A DNA stretch of 64,000 nt from Flavobacteriales bacterium (lineage in GTDB: Bacteria > Bacteroidota > Bacteroidia > Flavobacteriales_D > CAJJDF01), in assembly GCA_018609055.1 (NCBI GenBank), contig JABAYJ010000005.1, positions 46,915 to 110,914 of the forward strand, given 5' to 3'. The position numbers were made by a program, and so were the translations under genes. Positions 10,468 to 21,578 of the stretch are shown piece after piece (position 1 is the stretch's first letter; every line of letters starts with the position of its first letter). The notes beneath the pieces were generated by a model, which saw only the letters and a list, made by a program, of their open reading frames with translations, did no database searches and was not told where the DNA came from.

Positions 10468-11887
10468 TAAAATCAGAAAATATAATTTTTTGATTTTATC
10501 AGGTATTTTATTGGCAATTATAGCCGGTTTTTATTTTTTATTTACTGAAAATCACGAAAAATTAATTCTATTAACTACGGTTTTTATTAGTGTTATTGGA
10601 GTTGTTTTGTTGCTTCAAAATATTCAGTCAATTCCTTTTGTAATAGCATTCATGACACCTCTATCTCTCGATTTTGTGTTGGGTGGAGGTACTAAATTAT
10701 CATTACCGTTAGAGGGGTTTATATTATTTGTAATCTTCTATTTTTTTCTTGTTTTTTTAATCAAGAAACCTGAAAATCTTAATAAACTCAATCATCCTAT
10801 TACCTGGTTGTTGAGTATACTGATACTAGTTATGTGCATGAGTTCATTGATAGGAGATTATGCTATTATTTCTATTAAGAAAACAATTTCTCAAACAATC
10901 TATATTCTAGGTTTCTTTGTAATTACAATCCTTTTGACAAAGAAAACATCTTCTTTAAGTAAGCTTTATTTTTGGTATGCTATAGGGATGATTATACCAA
11001 TAGGTAATTCATTATATAAACATGCTAATTTAGATTTTGTTCAGTCTGCATCTGTTTATACGGCTATGCCTTTTTATGATGAGCACACTATTTTTGGGGC
11101 TTGTGTTGCTTTTTTAATTCCTTTTGTTTTTTTAAGAACTGGATTTTTTCAAAAAAACAAAATCCATTTTGGATTCTGTTCACTTTCACTTTTTTTAGTA
11201 ATAGCTGTGCTTCATTCGTATTCTAGAGCCTCTTGGATAAGCCTCTCACTAGCTTTATTAGTCGATGTTTTTATTTTGTTGAAAGGAAAATTCAATATGT
11301 TCTTGGGTATAATTGCTATTCTTGTTTCTGTAATATGGTTTAATTATTCTGATGTTTATTCCGAAATGAGAAGAACTTCAGTTAAATACAGTGATCAGTT
11401 TTCTCAGCATTTAGTGTCGGTTACAAATCTTAAGAATGATGCATCTAATCGAGAAAGAATTAATAGATGGGTATCTGCTTACAGAATGTTTGAGGAAAAA
11501 CCATTGCTAGGCCATGGCCCAGGAACCTATCAATTTGAGTATGGTAAATATCAAACAAATGAATTTACAACAAGAATAAGTACGCATAGAGGTGATAAAG
11601 GAAATGCTCATTCGGAGTATTTAATGTTCTTGTCCGAAACAGGTATTTTAGGGTTTATAATTTTCTTATTGATAATATTAAAATCATTCCAAGTAGGGAT
11701 AAGCTTAGCACTAAAAAAAATCGAGTCTGAAGATAGATTAATTCTACTTTCATCATTACTTGGTCTCACCACTTTTTATGTGCACGGCTTATTTAATGCT
11801 TTTAGCGACTCACCAAAAATGGCAATATTATTTTTAGGAAGTTTAGCTATATTGACTCAAATAGATATTAAATATAAAATCAAGTAG
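10457..11887 (+). CDS. O-antigen ligase / Wzy_C family membrane protein
   Basis: Multi-TM; SYSRASW, SNRERINRW, KPLLGHGPG, NAHSEYL...ETGILG. Confidence 0.85.
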   Translation: MMIDKIRKYNFLILSGILLAIIAGFYFLFTENHEKLILLTTVFISVIGVVLLLQNIQSIPFVIAFMTPLSLDFVLGGGTKLSLPLEGFILFVIFYFFLVFLIKKPENLNKLNHPITWLLSILILVMCMSSLIGDYAIISIKKTISQTIYILGFFVITILLTKKTSSLSKLYFWYAIGMIIPIGNSLYKHANLDFVQSASVYTAMPFYDEHTIFGACVAFLIPFVFLRTGFFQKNKIHFGFCSLSLFLVIAVLHSYSRASWISLSLALLVDVFILLKGKFNMFLGIIAILVSVIWFNYSDVYSEMRRTSVKYSDQFSQHLVSVTNLKNDASNRERINRWVSAYRMFEEKPLLGHGPGTYQFEYGKYQTNEFTTRISTHRGDKGNAHSEYLMFLSETGILGFIIFLLIILKSFQVGISLALKKIESEDRLILLSSLLGLTTFYVHGLFNAFSDSPKMAILFLGSLAILTQIDIKYKIK

Positions 11888-11912
11888 GAAATGTATTAAC
11901 TTTCCTTTTTAA

Positions 11913-12827
11913 ATGAATAAATCAACTAACATATTGCCTTCTTTTTTAAAAGTATTAATATACTTTGATGTTTTTAGATACCCGCTTACTATTATAGAAA
12001 TGAAAAGAATGGTACCTGAAAATGAAGAGGCTGATTTGGAGTTAGAGTTAGAAAAGTTGATTAAAACGCAGTTGATTTTTAAAGATGATAATCTTTATGG
12101 ATTAAATGAAGATAAAAAATATTTTACAGAAAGAAGGAAAGGAAATACAAGAGCAGAAAAGCATAAAGAGAAAGCATTTAAACGAGCAAAATTTATTTCA
12201 AAATTTCCTTACGTGAGAGGTGTATTTATTTCGGGTTCTTTTTCAAAAGGACATATGTTACCCGATGGGGATGTAGATTACTTTATAGTCACTGAGCACA
12301 ATAGAATGTGGTTTTCCAGGACTATATTAATTTTATTTAAAAAACTCTTTTTATTTAATTCAAGGAAATTTTTCTGTTTAAACTACTTTAAGGGGCAACA
12401 AGAATTAATGATTGAAGAACAAAATATTTTTACTGCCACCGAATTGTTCACTTTGATTCCAGTTGTAAATAAAGAACTTTATAAAAGCTTGATACAAGCT
12501 AATAATTGGATAGAGGATTATTTTGCTATAAGTAAGATTCCTGATAATAATGCTATATCCCTTATTAAAGGGCTTTTACAATCGATTGGAGAGAATATTT
12601 TCAATAATAAAATTGGCGAAAATTTAGACAAGTATTTCATGAAAATCACTCTTAATAGATGGAAAAATAAGTTTGGAAACATGACTAAACAAGATTTTGA
12701 TATCGCAATGAAAAGTTCAAGAAATATCTCAAAACATCATCCGAGTAATTTTCAGAAGAAGGTTCTTTCAGAATATGAAACCAAGTGTAAATCAATGATA
12801 TCAGAATATGCAAAACGTATTATTTAG
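11913..12827 (+). CDS. Pol-beta superfamily nucleotidyltransferase domain protein
   Basis: GVFISGSFSKG...DGDVDYFIV (GS-x-DxD motif) after an N-terminal helical region (YFDVFRYPLT). Confidence 0.7.
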   Translation: MNKSTNILPSFLKVLIYFDVFRYPLTIIEMKRMVPENEEADLELELEKLIKTQLIFKDDNLYGLNEDKKYFTERRKGNTRAEKHKEKAFKRAKFISKFPYVRGVFISGSFSKGHMLPDGDVDYFIVTEHNRMWFSRTILILFKKLFLFNSRKFFCLNYFKGQQELMIEEQNIFTATELFTLIPVVNKELYKSLIQANNWIEDYFAISKIPDNNAISLIKGLLQSIGENIFNNKIGENLDKYFMKITLNRWKNKFGNMTKQDFDIAMKSSRNISKHHPSNFQKKVLSEYETKCKSMISEYAKRII

Positions 12828-14271
12828 TCATAGTTATTACTACAAGATGGATCCTAAGCAATGGGATACAGGCATGCCTTATCCTCCATTGGGAACAATT
12901 TATGCGGCTAGTTTTTTGAGAGAAAATGGTTGTCAAGTAGATTTGTTTGATGTGGGACTAAGAGATTCTCCTAACGAGATTAAACCAATACTTGAGAGTT
13001 CAAAACCTAAGTTTTTAGTCCTATATGATGATGGGTTTAATTACCTAACTAAAATGTGCTTAACCAATATGCGTGAGGCTGCATTTAAGATGATAAAGAT
13101 GGGAAAAGAGTCTGGTTGCACGATTATAGTTTCAAGTTCCGATTCTACAGATCATTATAAAGAATACTTAAACAAAGGAGCTGACATTGTATTGTTAGGA
13201 GAGGGAGAAATATCTTTATTAGAAGCAATTAATAATATTAATGAGGGAAACCCTTTGGTAGATGTAAAAGGTATAGTTTTTAAAGAAGGAGAAAAAGTCA
13301 TTAATAACGGTAGGAGAGAGGTGATAAAAGATTTAGATTTTTTACCACAACCTGCATGGGATTTAATAGATGTTGATTCATATAAAAAGGCATGGACAAG
13401 TAGATTTCCATTTGCATTAAATATTGCTACAACAAGGGGTTGTCCGTATAAATGTAATTGGTGTGCTAAACCAATTTATGGGAACAGATACAACTCTCGA
13501 TCACCACAAAGAGTAGTTGAGGAGATTCAATTTTTATCTGATAAGCATGGAGTAACTAACTTTTGGATGTGTGATGATATTTTTGGATTAAAACCAAATT
13601 GGGTTCAAAAATTTGATGAAACTTTATTAGAGAACAACTTAAAAATTAGTTTTAAAATCCAGAGTAGAGCCGATTTGTTATTGAAAGAAAACAATATTGA
13701 CTCACTTGTTAGTTCGGGGTTAAAAGAAGTATGGATAGGAGCGGAGAGTGGTTCGCAAGGGATTTTGGACGCAATGGATAAGGGAACTACAATTAAGCAA
13801 ATAGAAGACTCTACAAAGCTACTTCAGCAAAAAGATGTGAGAGTTGCTTTCTTTATTCAATATGGATATTCTGGAGAAACTAAAGAGGATATTGATAAAA
13901 CTATCACTTTAATAAAAAGATGCAAACCTGATGATATTGGTATTTCGGTTTCCTACCCTTTACCAGGGACTAAATTTTATGAAGCTGTTAAAAATCAGTT
14001 GAAGGAAAAGAAAAACTGGACAGATTCTAATGATTTAGCAATGATGTTTTCGGGTACTTTTAACCAAGGTTTTTATAAAAAATTGCACAGCTACACCCAC
14101 AAAACTTTTCAGAAAACAAGAGGTTTGGATGCTTTGAAAGGATTACTAAAAAATCCTTTATCAATTAATTCATCTAAATTAAAAACTATACTTAAACTAC
14201 CAGTTTACTGGATTTTGGGTTGGAAAGAAAAGTTGGAATTATCTAAAATGGAAAACGTAAACAAAGTTTAA
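12808..14271 (+). CDS. Cobalamin-binding radical SAM protein (class B methylase-like), copy 1
   Basis: N-terminal B12-binding-type domain (YPPLG, GEGE); RGCPYKCNWC; DDIF; GAESGSQ; PLPGT. Confidence 0.9.
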   Translation: MQNVLFSHSYYYKMDPKQWDTGMPYPPLGTIYAASFLRENGCQVDLFDVGLRDSPNEIKPILESSKPKFLVLYDDGFNYLTKMCLTNMREAAFKMIKMGKESGCTIIVSSSDSTDHYKEYLNKGADIVLLGEGEISLLEAINNINEGNPLVDVKGIVFKEGEKVINNGRREVIKDLDFLPQPAWDLIDVDSYKKAWTSRFPFALNIATTRGCPYKCNWCAKPIYGNRYNSRSPQRVVEEIQFLSDKHGVTNFWMCDDIFGLKPNWVQKFDETLLENNLKISFKIQSRADLLLKENNIDSLVSSGLKEVWIGAESGSQGILDAMDKGTTIKQIEDSTKLLQQKDVRVAFFIQYGYSGETKEDIDKTITLIKRCKPDDIGISVSYPLPGTKFYEAVKNQLKEKKNWTDSNDLAMMFSGTFNQGFYKKLHSYTHKTFQKTRGLDALKGLLKNPLSINSSKLKTILKLPVYWILGWKEKLELSKMENVNKV

Positions 14272-15191
14272 AGCTGGCTAAATGCAGCAAGTTCCATTCC
14301 CCAAGCTACCCCAAGGTGAACAATAATTCCTCCGTATATATTTCGAGATTTGTAGGCTAAAACTCCTAAAGCAAATCCTCCAAAAACAGAACCAACTGTT
14401 TCCATCATTGGTTTTCCAAAATGAAGAAATGCATAACAAGCTACCATTGGTAAAATAGCATCTTTACCAACAAAGCGAGATAAAGCAACAACCATAAACC
14501 CTCTAAACAAAAGCTCTACTGATATAAAATCGAATCCATAACAAAGTTCGAATAGCCATATTTTTGTATTTTCTGATAAGCCAGATCCACTAAAATCTCT
14601 TTGATAAAAAGTAGGGTAGTAGTTCAGGAAATCTTCACCAATAGAAGCAATGAAAACTATTGGAATCATGAATAATATCATCCATAAATAAGGCTTTAAA
14701 TTTGCTCCATTTAGCCTTAAACCGTATAACTCCGGTTTAAAAAATTTAACCAAATTATAAATTATGAATATTGGTAGCATAACAGATACCAAGCTTAATA
14801 TATTAGAAACACAAGCATATAAAAAGGAATAGCTATCGCTTCCTTCCAGCAATGGTCGGATGTATTTTAGCAAATAATAGGAAGAATCAAAGGTGATGAT
14901 AGCAAGTGCTAAACCACCAAATAATAAGTATTTCCAATTATATATTATCTTTTTCTCTTTCTGGAATAGCGAAACAATAATTACTGGAACAATGAAAGCA
15001 AAAGAATACATTAACCAAAGTTTTAACAACCTTAATTCACTGTAATTAATGATTCTAAAATGATCTCCATATACTTGGTGTTCGTAATTTAAATAAATAC
15101 AAATACCAATAAATATAAGTGTAAAAAGGTGAGCAAATAAGCTAAAATCTTTTCTAAAATAATCTAAAAAATAATTAATGAATACTTTCAT
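14268..15191 (-). CDS. CPBP (CAAX/Abi) family intramembrane metalloprotease
   Basis: Multi-TM; VELLFRG, FLHFGKP, IIVH motifs. Confidence 0.8.
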   Translation of the reverse strand: MKVFINYFLDYFRKDFSLFAHLFTLIFIGICIYLNYEHQVYGDHFRIINYSELRLLKLWLMYSFAFIVPVIIVSLFQKEKKIIYNWKYLLFGGLALAIITFDSSYYLLKYIRPLLEGSDSYSFLYACVSNILSLVSVMLPIFIIYNLVKFFKPELYGLRLNGANLKPYLWMILFMIPIVFIASIGEDFLNYYPTFYQRDFSGSGLSENTKIWLFELCYGFDFISVELLFRGFMVVALSRFVGKDAILPMVACYAFLHFGKPMMETVGSVFGGFALGVLAYKSRNIYGGIIVHLGVAWGMELAAFSQL

Positions 15192-15192
15192 T

Positions 15193-15754
15193 TTATCTTA
15201 CAATTGTTAAATCTCCTTTTCTTTCTATCTCTCCAAATTATTCGGTTCCTCCTCTAAAGTAATATACATAAACACCTTCTTGTACAGGAATTCCTCTAAA
15301 TGTTCCATCCCATCCAGTATTTACATCATTTGTTTCAAATACTTTCTCTCCCCCATCTATTGTAAACAATGAATTGGAAATTAGAGAAGTTTCTACCGTA
15401 AACATATAGTTTATCATTTATTCCATCTCCATTTGGTGAGAATATTTGTGGAATAGAAGCATTAACTCTACATCCAACCAATACATCAAAATTACAAGTT
15501 GTAAAATTATTTTCTAAATCTATAGTTGTAATACTTACTGATAAGCTATTTACATCATTTAATCTAGTTGAGTAATTAATTACTGTTCCCGGTAATGGTG
15601 ATTGTATAAATGTTAATGAATCAAAAGGAGTACAATTATCCATAGCTTTTAGTGGCACAGAGTTTCCAAAGATATTCGTTTGTGAAAACGTATAGTTTGA
15701 AATAGTTAAAGCGAATAAAATAGATGTAAAATGGTATAAATACCTTTTGGACAT
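15193..15754 (-). pseudogene. Degraded T9SS type-B (gliding motility C-terminal domain) protein with HYR-like remnant
   Basis: FSPNGDGIND...YNRWG. Removing one G at 15350-15354 gives EKVFETNDVNTGWDGTFRGIPVQEGVYVYY, then an in-frame TAA (15238-15240), then FGEIERKGDLTIVR-stop. Confidence 0.8.
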
Positions 15755-15842
15755 AATTAATATTAAGTACTAAATTAATTCAAATTTGGTTGTTAAGTTA
15801 AGGTTAAAACTTTAACTGTCAACTACTATATGTTAATATCAG

Positions 15843-17093
15843 TTATTTATGTTTCTTGATTATTAAAGTAGCATTATGCCCTCCAAATCCAAATGTATTT
15901 GATAATGCATAATTAACTTCTTTTTCTTGCGCTTTATTGAAAGTGAAATTCAATTTTTCATCAAGCTCAGGATCTACTTCAGTATGATTGATAGTAGGTG
16001 GTATTATATTTTCTGTAACAGCTAAAACGCAAGCTAATGCCTCAATTACTCCAGCAGCACCTAAAAGGTGACCTGTCATAGACTTTGTTGAGCTAATGTT
16101 TAAGTTGTAAGCATGTTCTCCAAATACTTTTTGAATTGCTTTTGATTCTGCAATATCACCAAGTGGAGTAGAAGTACCGTGAACGTTAATATAATCGATT
16201 GCACTTGGCTTTATATTTGCCTCTCGAAGTGCCTCATTCATTGAATTGCGAGCTCCTAATCCTTCAGGATGTGGAGCAGTAATATGGTGTGCATCACCAG
16301 ATGCGCCACCTCCAACAACTTCTGCGTATATTTTTGCTCCTCTTGCAATTGCATGATCGTATTCTTCTAGCATCATTGCTCCAGAACCTTCTCCTAATAC
16401 AAATCCATTTCTGTTTTTATCAAATGGTCTTGAGGCTGTCTGTGGATTCTCATTGCTTTGTGATAAAGCATGCATGGCATTAAACCCTCCAACTCCTGTT
16501 TCAGTAACAGCAGCTTCAGATCCACCAGCAAGAATAGCGTTAGCTTTTCCTAATCTTATGTAATTAAAAGCGTCAATTAAAGCATTGGTTGAAGAAGCAC
16601 AAGCCGATACAGTGGCAAAGTTTGGTCCCATAAAACCATATTTAATTGAAATGTGACCCGCAGCAATATCTGCAATCATCTTTGGTATAAAAAATGGGTT
16701 GAATTTTGGTGTTCCATCTCCACTAAAAAAGTTTTCACACTCATCTTGTAAAGTTTTTAGACCTCCAATTCCTGCACCCCAGATTACACCTATTCTAGTT
16801 GTATCAACTTCCTCTAAATTCATTCCTGAATCTAATACAGCTTCATCAGCTGTAACAACAGCATACTGAGAAAATACATCTAATTTTCTTGCTTCTTTTC
16901 TGTGAAGATGATCTTCAATGTTGAAGTTCTTTATTTCACAAGCAAATTGTGTTTTGAATTTCTCGGCATTAAATTTGGTAATTTTTGCCGCCCCTGAAAC
17001 TCCTTTTTTCAAGGAATCAAAATAATCGGAAGCATTATTCCCAATTGGGGTTAATGCTCCGATTCCAGTTATTACAACTCTTTTTAATTCCAT
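15843..17093 (-). CDS. fabF: Beta-ketoacyl-ACP synthase II
   Basis: RVVITGIG, SACASS, INVHGTST, KSMTGHLLGAAG, SNTFGFGGHN. Confidence 0.97.
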   Translation of the reverse strand: MELKRVVITGIGALTPIGNNASDYFDSLKKGVSGAAKITKFNAEKFKTQFACEIKNFNIEDHLHRKEARKLDVFSQYAVVTADEAVLDSGMNLEEVDTTRIGVIWGAGIGGLKTLQDECENFFSGDGTPKFNPFFIPKMIADIAAGHISIKYGFMGPNFATVSACASSTNALIDAFNYIRLGKANAILAGGSEAAVTETGVGGFNAMHALSQSNENPQTASRPFDKNRNGFVLGEGSGAMMLEEYDHAIARGAKIYAEVVGGGASGDAHHITAPHPEGLGARNSMNEALREANIKPSAIDYINVHGTSTPLGDIAESKAIQKVFGEHAYNLNISSTKSMTGHLLGAAGVIEALACVLAVTENIIPPTINHTEVDPELDEKLNFTFNKAQEKEVNYALSNTFGFGGHNATLIIKKHK

Positions 17094-17105
17094 AGGAAGC
17101 TAATT

Positions 17106-17339
17106 TTATTTAGCGTCATTAATGAATGTTACTGCATCTCCAACAGTAGCAATCTTTTCTGCTTGATCGTCTGGTATTGCAATGTTAAATTCTTTTTCGA
17201 ATTCCATGATTAGTTCAACAGTATCCAATGAATCTGCTCCTAAATCGTTTGTAAAGTTAGACTCTAAAGTTACCTCAGATGCATCTACACCTAATTTATC
17301 TACTATAATCGCTACTACTTTATCTTGTATTTCTGCCAT
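17106..17339 (-). CDS. acpP: Acyl carrier protein
   Basis: [20 protein letters not shown]. Confidence 0.97.
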   Translation of the reverse strand: MAEIQDKVVAIIVDKLGVDASEVTLESNFTNDLGADSLDTVELIMEFEKEFNIAIPDDQAEKIATVGDAVTFINDAK

Positions 17340-17446
17340 TTTTCTTTATTTTTTAATTGTTTAGACATTGCAAATAAAAATAATTAATTCTTATTAACCA
17401 AGTATTCGCACGCTACTTTCTTAACAAAGTCCGTTCCAAAACTTTT

Positions 17447-18187
17447 TTACGCTTTTGCTTTAATCAACTCTCTATTCATTCTTGCTATGTTATCTAAAGA
17501 TATTCCTTTAGGGCATTCTACTTCGCAAGCCCCTGTGTTTGTACAGTTTCCGAACCCTTCTATGTCCATTTGATTCACCATATTTAGTACTCTATCTTTA
17601 GCTTCAACTCGTCCTTGAGGCAGTAATGCATATTGAGATACTTTGGCAGAAACAAACAACATTGCTGATGAATTTTTACAAGTTGCAACACATGCTCCAC
17701 ATCCAATACAAGTTGCTGCATCCATTGCTAAATCAGCATCTGCTTTAGGTATTGGCAATGAATTCGCATCTTGAGTATTTCCAGAAGTATTAACTGAAAT
17801 ATACCCTCCAGCTTGTTGAATTCTATCAAAAGCTCCTCTGTCTACCATCAAATCTTTAAGTACTGGGAAAGAATTAGCTCTGAAAGGCTCAATATGAATA
17901 GTTTCACCATCTTTAAACATTCTCATGTGTAATTGACAAGTTGTTACTCTTCTATCAGGACCGTGAGCTTCTCCGTTTATGTACATAGAGCACATTCCAC
18001 AAATTCCTTCTCTACAATCATGATCAAATGCTACAGGCTCTTCTCCTTTTTCAATTAATTCATCATTAAGTATATCCATCATCTCAAGAAAAGACATGTG
18101 CCCTTCTATATTAGAAATAGGATATGTTACCATTTTACCTGGTGACTTAGCATCTTCTTGACGCCATATTTTAAGTGTTAAATTCAT
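17447..18187 (-). CDS. sdhB: Succinate dehydrogenase/fumarate reductase iron-sulfur subunit
   Basis: [28 protein letters not shown]. Confidence 0.95.
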   Translation of the reverse strand: MNLTLKIWRQEDAKSPGKMVTYPISNIEGHMSFLEMMDILNDELIEKGEEPVAFDHDCREGICGMCSMYINGEAHGPDRRVTTCQLHMRMFKDGETIHIEPFRANSFPVLKDLMVDRGAFDRIQQAGGYISVNTSGNTQDANSLPIPKADADLAMDAATCIGCGACVATCKNSSAMLFVSAKVSQYALLPQGRVEAKDRVLNMVNQMDIEGFGNCTNTGACEVECPKGISLDNIARMNRELIKAKA

Positions 18188-18192
18188 ATCAA

Positions 18193-20208
18193 TTATTTAT
18201 AAGATCTTTGCTTTAACTCAATGTTTTCGTATTTCAATTCTTCTTTGTGCAGTTGTGATTCTGATGGATTTCCTTTGTATTCCCATGCCGAAACGAATGT
18301 AAAGTTTTCGTCATCACGTTTTGCTTCTCCTTTTTGAGGACCATCAATTTCAACTGACTCTTCTCTAAAGTGTCCTCCACAAGATTCTTCTCTAGTCAAT
18401 GCATCTTGAGCAAACAACTCTCCTAATTCAAGGAAATCTGCGACTCTTCCAGCTTTTTCTAGTTCTCTGTTTACTTCGTGAGTTCCACCTGGCACTCTTA
18501 CATTTTTCCAGAAATCTGCTCTTAATTCTTGAATTTCAGCAATTGCTTCTTTCAGTCCAGCTTCGTTTCTTGACATCCCAACTTTATTCCAGATAATGTT
18601 TCCAAGTTTTTTATGGAAATAATCTACTGCTTTTGTACCACCAGTATTTATTAGTTTATCTAGAGTAGTTTTCACAGAGTTTTCTGCTTCTTCAAAAGCA
18701 TCAGTATCAGTAGGTATTCTACCAGTTCTAATATCATCTGATAAATAATCACCTATAGTGTAAGGAAGTACGAAATATCCATCAGCTAATCCCTGCATTA
18801 ATGCAGATGCTCCAAGTCTATTTGCTCCGTGATCAGAGAAGTTTGCTTCTCCAATTGCGTAACACCCTTCAACTGTGGTCATTAAATTGTAATCTACCCA
18901 AAGTCCTCCCATTGTATAGTGAGTTGCTGGATAAATCATCATTGGAGTTTTGTATGGATCTTCATCTACGATTTTCTCATACATCTGGAATAAGTTACCG
19001 TATTTTGCTTCTACAATATCTTTTCCTAAATCATAAATTCTTTGAGCAGAAGCATCTTTTTCGTTATGAATTTTTGCTTGCTCTTTTCCGTATCTTTCTA
19101 TTGCTGATTTAAAATCTAAATAAACCGCTTCTCCAGTTTTGTTGACACCATAACCAGCATCACATCTTTCTTTAGCAGCTCTTGATGCTACATCTCTTGG
19201 GACTAAGTTTCCAAATGCTGGATACCTTCTTTCCAAGTAATAATCTCTTTCGTCTTCAGATAAATCTGTTGGCTTTTTCTTTCCTTCACGGATTGCCATG
19301 ACATCTTCTAATTTTGCAGGTACCCAAATTCTTCCGTCATTTCTTAGTGACTCAGACATCAATGTTAATTTAGATTGATAATCTCCAGATCTTGGTATAC
19401 AAGTTGGGTGAATTTGTGTAAAACAAGGGTTAGCAAAGAAAGCACCTTTTTTGTGCGTTTTCCATGCTGCAGTTACGTTACTTCCCATTGCATTTGTAGA
19501 TAGGAAATATAAGTTTCCGTATCCTCCAGATGCTATTACTACTGCATGAGCTGAATGTCTTTCTAGTTCTCCAGTAATAAGGTTACGAGCAATAATTCCT
19601 CTCGCTTTCCCATCTACCTTTACTATGTCCAACATTTCATGTCTGTTGTACATTTCAATTTTTCCTCTAGCAATTTGTCTGTTCATTGCAGAGTATGCTC
19701 CGAGTAATAACTGTTGTCCGGTTTGTCCTTTGGCATAAAAAGTTCTTGAAACCAATACTCCTCCAAAAGATCTGTTATCCAATAATCCTCCGTAATCTCT
19801 AGCGAAAGGAACACCTTGTGCTACACATTGGTCAATAATGTTTCCAGATACTTCTGCAAGTCTATAAACGTTCGCTTCTCTGGACCTGTAATCACCTCCT
19901 TTTACTGTATCGTAAAATAAACGGTAATTAGAATCTCCATCTCCTTGGTAATTCTTTGCTGCGTTAATTCCTCCTTGAGCCGCAATTGAATGGGCTCTTC
20001 TTGGTGAATCTTGGTAACAAAATGCTTTTACATTATATCCTTGCTCGGCAAGAGTAGCTGAGGCAGAACCACCAGCAAGACCTGTACCAATAACGATAAT
20101 GTCAATTTTTCTCTTGTTAGCAGGGTTTACTAAGTCTATTTTATCTTTATAAGTTGTCCATTTATCTTTTAATGGACCTTCTGGGACTTTTGAATCAAGT
20201 GTGCTCAT
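18193..20208 (-). CDS. sdhA: Succinate dehydrogenase/fumarate reductase flavoprotein subunit
   Basis: [41 protein letters not shown]. Confidence 0.96.
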   Translation of the reverse strand: MSTLDSKVPEGPLKDKWTTYKDKIDLVNPANKRKIDIIVIGTGLAGGSASATLAEQGYNVKAFCYQDSPRRAHSIAAQGGINAAKNYQGDGDSNYRLFYDTVKGGDYRSREANVYRLAEVSGNIIDQCVAQGVPFARDYGGLLDNRSFGGVLVSRTFYAKGQTGQQLLLGAYSAMNRQIARGKIEMYNRHEMLDIVKVDGKARGIIARNLITGELERHSAHAVVIASGGYGNLYFLSTNAMGSNVTAAWKTHKKGAFFANPCFTQIHPTCIPRSGDYQSKLTLMSESLRNDGRIWVPAKLEDVMAIREGKKKPTDLSEDERDYYLERRYPAFGNLVPRDVASRAAKERCDAGYGVNKTGEAVYLDFKSAIERYGKEQAKIHNEKDASAQRIYDLGKDIVEAKYGNLFQMYEKIVDEDPYKTPMMIYPATHYTMGGLWVDYNLMTTVEGCYAIGEANFSDHGANRLGASALMQGLADGYFVLPYTIGDYLSDDIRTGRIPTDTDAFEEAENSVKTTLDKLINTGGTKAVDYFHKKLGNIIWNKVGMSRNEAGLKEAIAEIQELRADFWKNVRVPGGTHEVNRELEKAGRVADFLELGELFAQDALTREESCGGHFREESVEIDGPQKGEAKRDDENFTFVSAWEYKGNPSESQLHKEELKYENIELKQRSYK

Positions 20209-20216
20209 AGTCTATA

Positions 20217-20900
20217 TTAATGTTGTAAATGATGATAAATTGCAATAAAAACGAATAAAGCTGGAACAGCAATTGCGAATACGTTTCCGAATTTTTTGAT
20301 AAAGTTTTTACCTTTGCTAACTCCCATTGATTGGAAAGACGATTGGAAACCGTGCATTAAGTGAAGGGATAATAAAACGAAAGAGATAACATAAATAATT
20401 ACTCTTACCGGGTCAACAAATTTAGCCACTAGCTCTTCGTGGTATCTGTATCCGCTATCTAAGTCATTTGGGTTTATAAGCCCAGACATATCTCCGCCAC
20501 CATATTTTACTGTCATTTCGTGAACCCAAAAATCATAAAAGTGCAATCCTAAAAAAGCTAACACCACTAACCCTGTGATGATCATATTTCTTGAAATCCA
20601 AGATGAATTTGTTCCTGGCTTGCTGTAAGCATATTTGATTGATCTTGCTCTTCTGTTTTGAAGTTCCAGTACAATTCCCATTATAAAGTGGAAAAATACA
20701 GCAAAGATTAATACTGGCTGCAATGCAAATTGAACAACTGGATTAGTTCCCATGAATTGAGACACATCATTAAACATATCCGGACTTACAACTGATAACA
20801 TATTTATTGTTAAATGCTGTAGCAGGAAAAACATTAGAAAGAATCCTGACAAAGCCATTAAAATTTTTCGGCCTATAGTAGTAAATTTTGATTTAGACAT
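20217..20900 (-). CDS. sdhC: Succinate dehydrogenase cytochrome b subunit
   Basis: Multi-TM with heme His residues (QHLTIN, FHF, LHF, HLMHGFQSSFQS); first gene of the sdh operon. Confidence 0.92.
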   Translation of the reverse strand: MSKSKFTTIGRKILMALSGFFLMFFLLQHLTINMLSVVSPDMFNDVSQFMGTNPVVQFALQPVLIFAVFFHFIMGIVLELQNRRARSIKYAYSKPGTNSSWISRNMIITGLVVLAFLGLHFYDFWVHEMTVKYGGGDMSGLINPNDLDSGYRYHEELVAKFVDPVRVIIYVISFVLLSLHLMHGFQSSFQSMGVSKGKNFIKKFGNVFAIAVPALFVFIAIYHHLQH

Positions 20901-21010
20901 TTTTTGGAATTAGTTTTTTCTTTAGTAAAGTAAAAGTAACTTTTGCTTAAACTGAAAGCAAATATTAAACACAAAAATACTTTATTTATATAGATTCTTG
21001 ATAAAAACTT

Positions 21011-21018
21011 TATCTTTG
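21011..21018 (+). promoter_or_regulatory. Bacteroidota primary-sigma -7 element
   Basis: TATCTTTG matches TAnnTTTG, just upstream of ATG 21025. Confidence 0.55.
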
Positions 21019-21024
21019 GTTGCA

Positions 21025-21546
21025 ATGAATTATATCGATATTTTTATTCTGGTTATTTTAATGTGGTTTGGATACAAAGGCTTTAGGAAAGGTCTTGTTT
21101 TCGAATTAGTCAGTATAATCGCCTTGGCTTTAGGGATTTATGGAGGGCTAAAATTCTCTGACACAACTGCTGAGTTTTTAGCATCTTATCTGGATTCAGA
21201 ATATTTAGAAATAATATCGTTTACTGTTACTTTTTTAGTCATTCTTCTTTTAGTTTTTGCTGCAGGTAAGATTGTTGAAAAAATAATAAACCTTGTTGCC
21301 TTAAAATTGGTAAACAAATTACTAGGAGCTTTTTTTGCTATTGTGAAAATAGGTCTAGTACTAGCTGTATTAATAACTATTATAGAATCCTATGATCAAA
21401 AGCTAGAGTTTATACCCAAAAAAGTTAAAAGTGAATCTCTTATGTATGAGCCATTATTAAATGTAGCCAATACTGTTTTGCCAGAAATCGAAAAGAATAA
21501 TTTATTTAAAGAGCTTAAATCAACTTCCTTAGGAGAAACCGAATAA
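21025..21546 (+). CDS. cvpA: CvpA (colicin V production) family membrane protein
   Basis: MNYIDI...GYKGFRKGLVFE, NKLLGAFF, SLMY; likely start ATG 21025. Confidence 0.85.
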   Translation: MNYIDIFILVILMWFGYKGFRKGLVFELVSIIALALGIYGGLKFSDTTAEFLASYLDSEYLEIISFTVTFLVILLLVFAAGKIVEKIINLVALKLVNKLLGAFFAIVKIGLVLAVLITIIESYDQKLEFIPKKVKSESLMYEPLLNVANTVLPEIEKNNLFKELKSTSLGETE

Positions 21547-21578
21547 GTAATTTGGTTTTTTGTAGATTTACTTTAATA

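Noticed and set aside
11913-12827. Nucleotidyltransferase as a CBASS cyclase or MNT-HEPN toxin-antitoxin component
   Set aside because: No adjacent effector, Cap or HEPN gene; it overlaps a biosynthetic rSAM gene instead.
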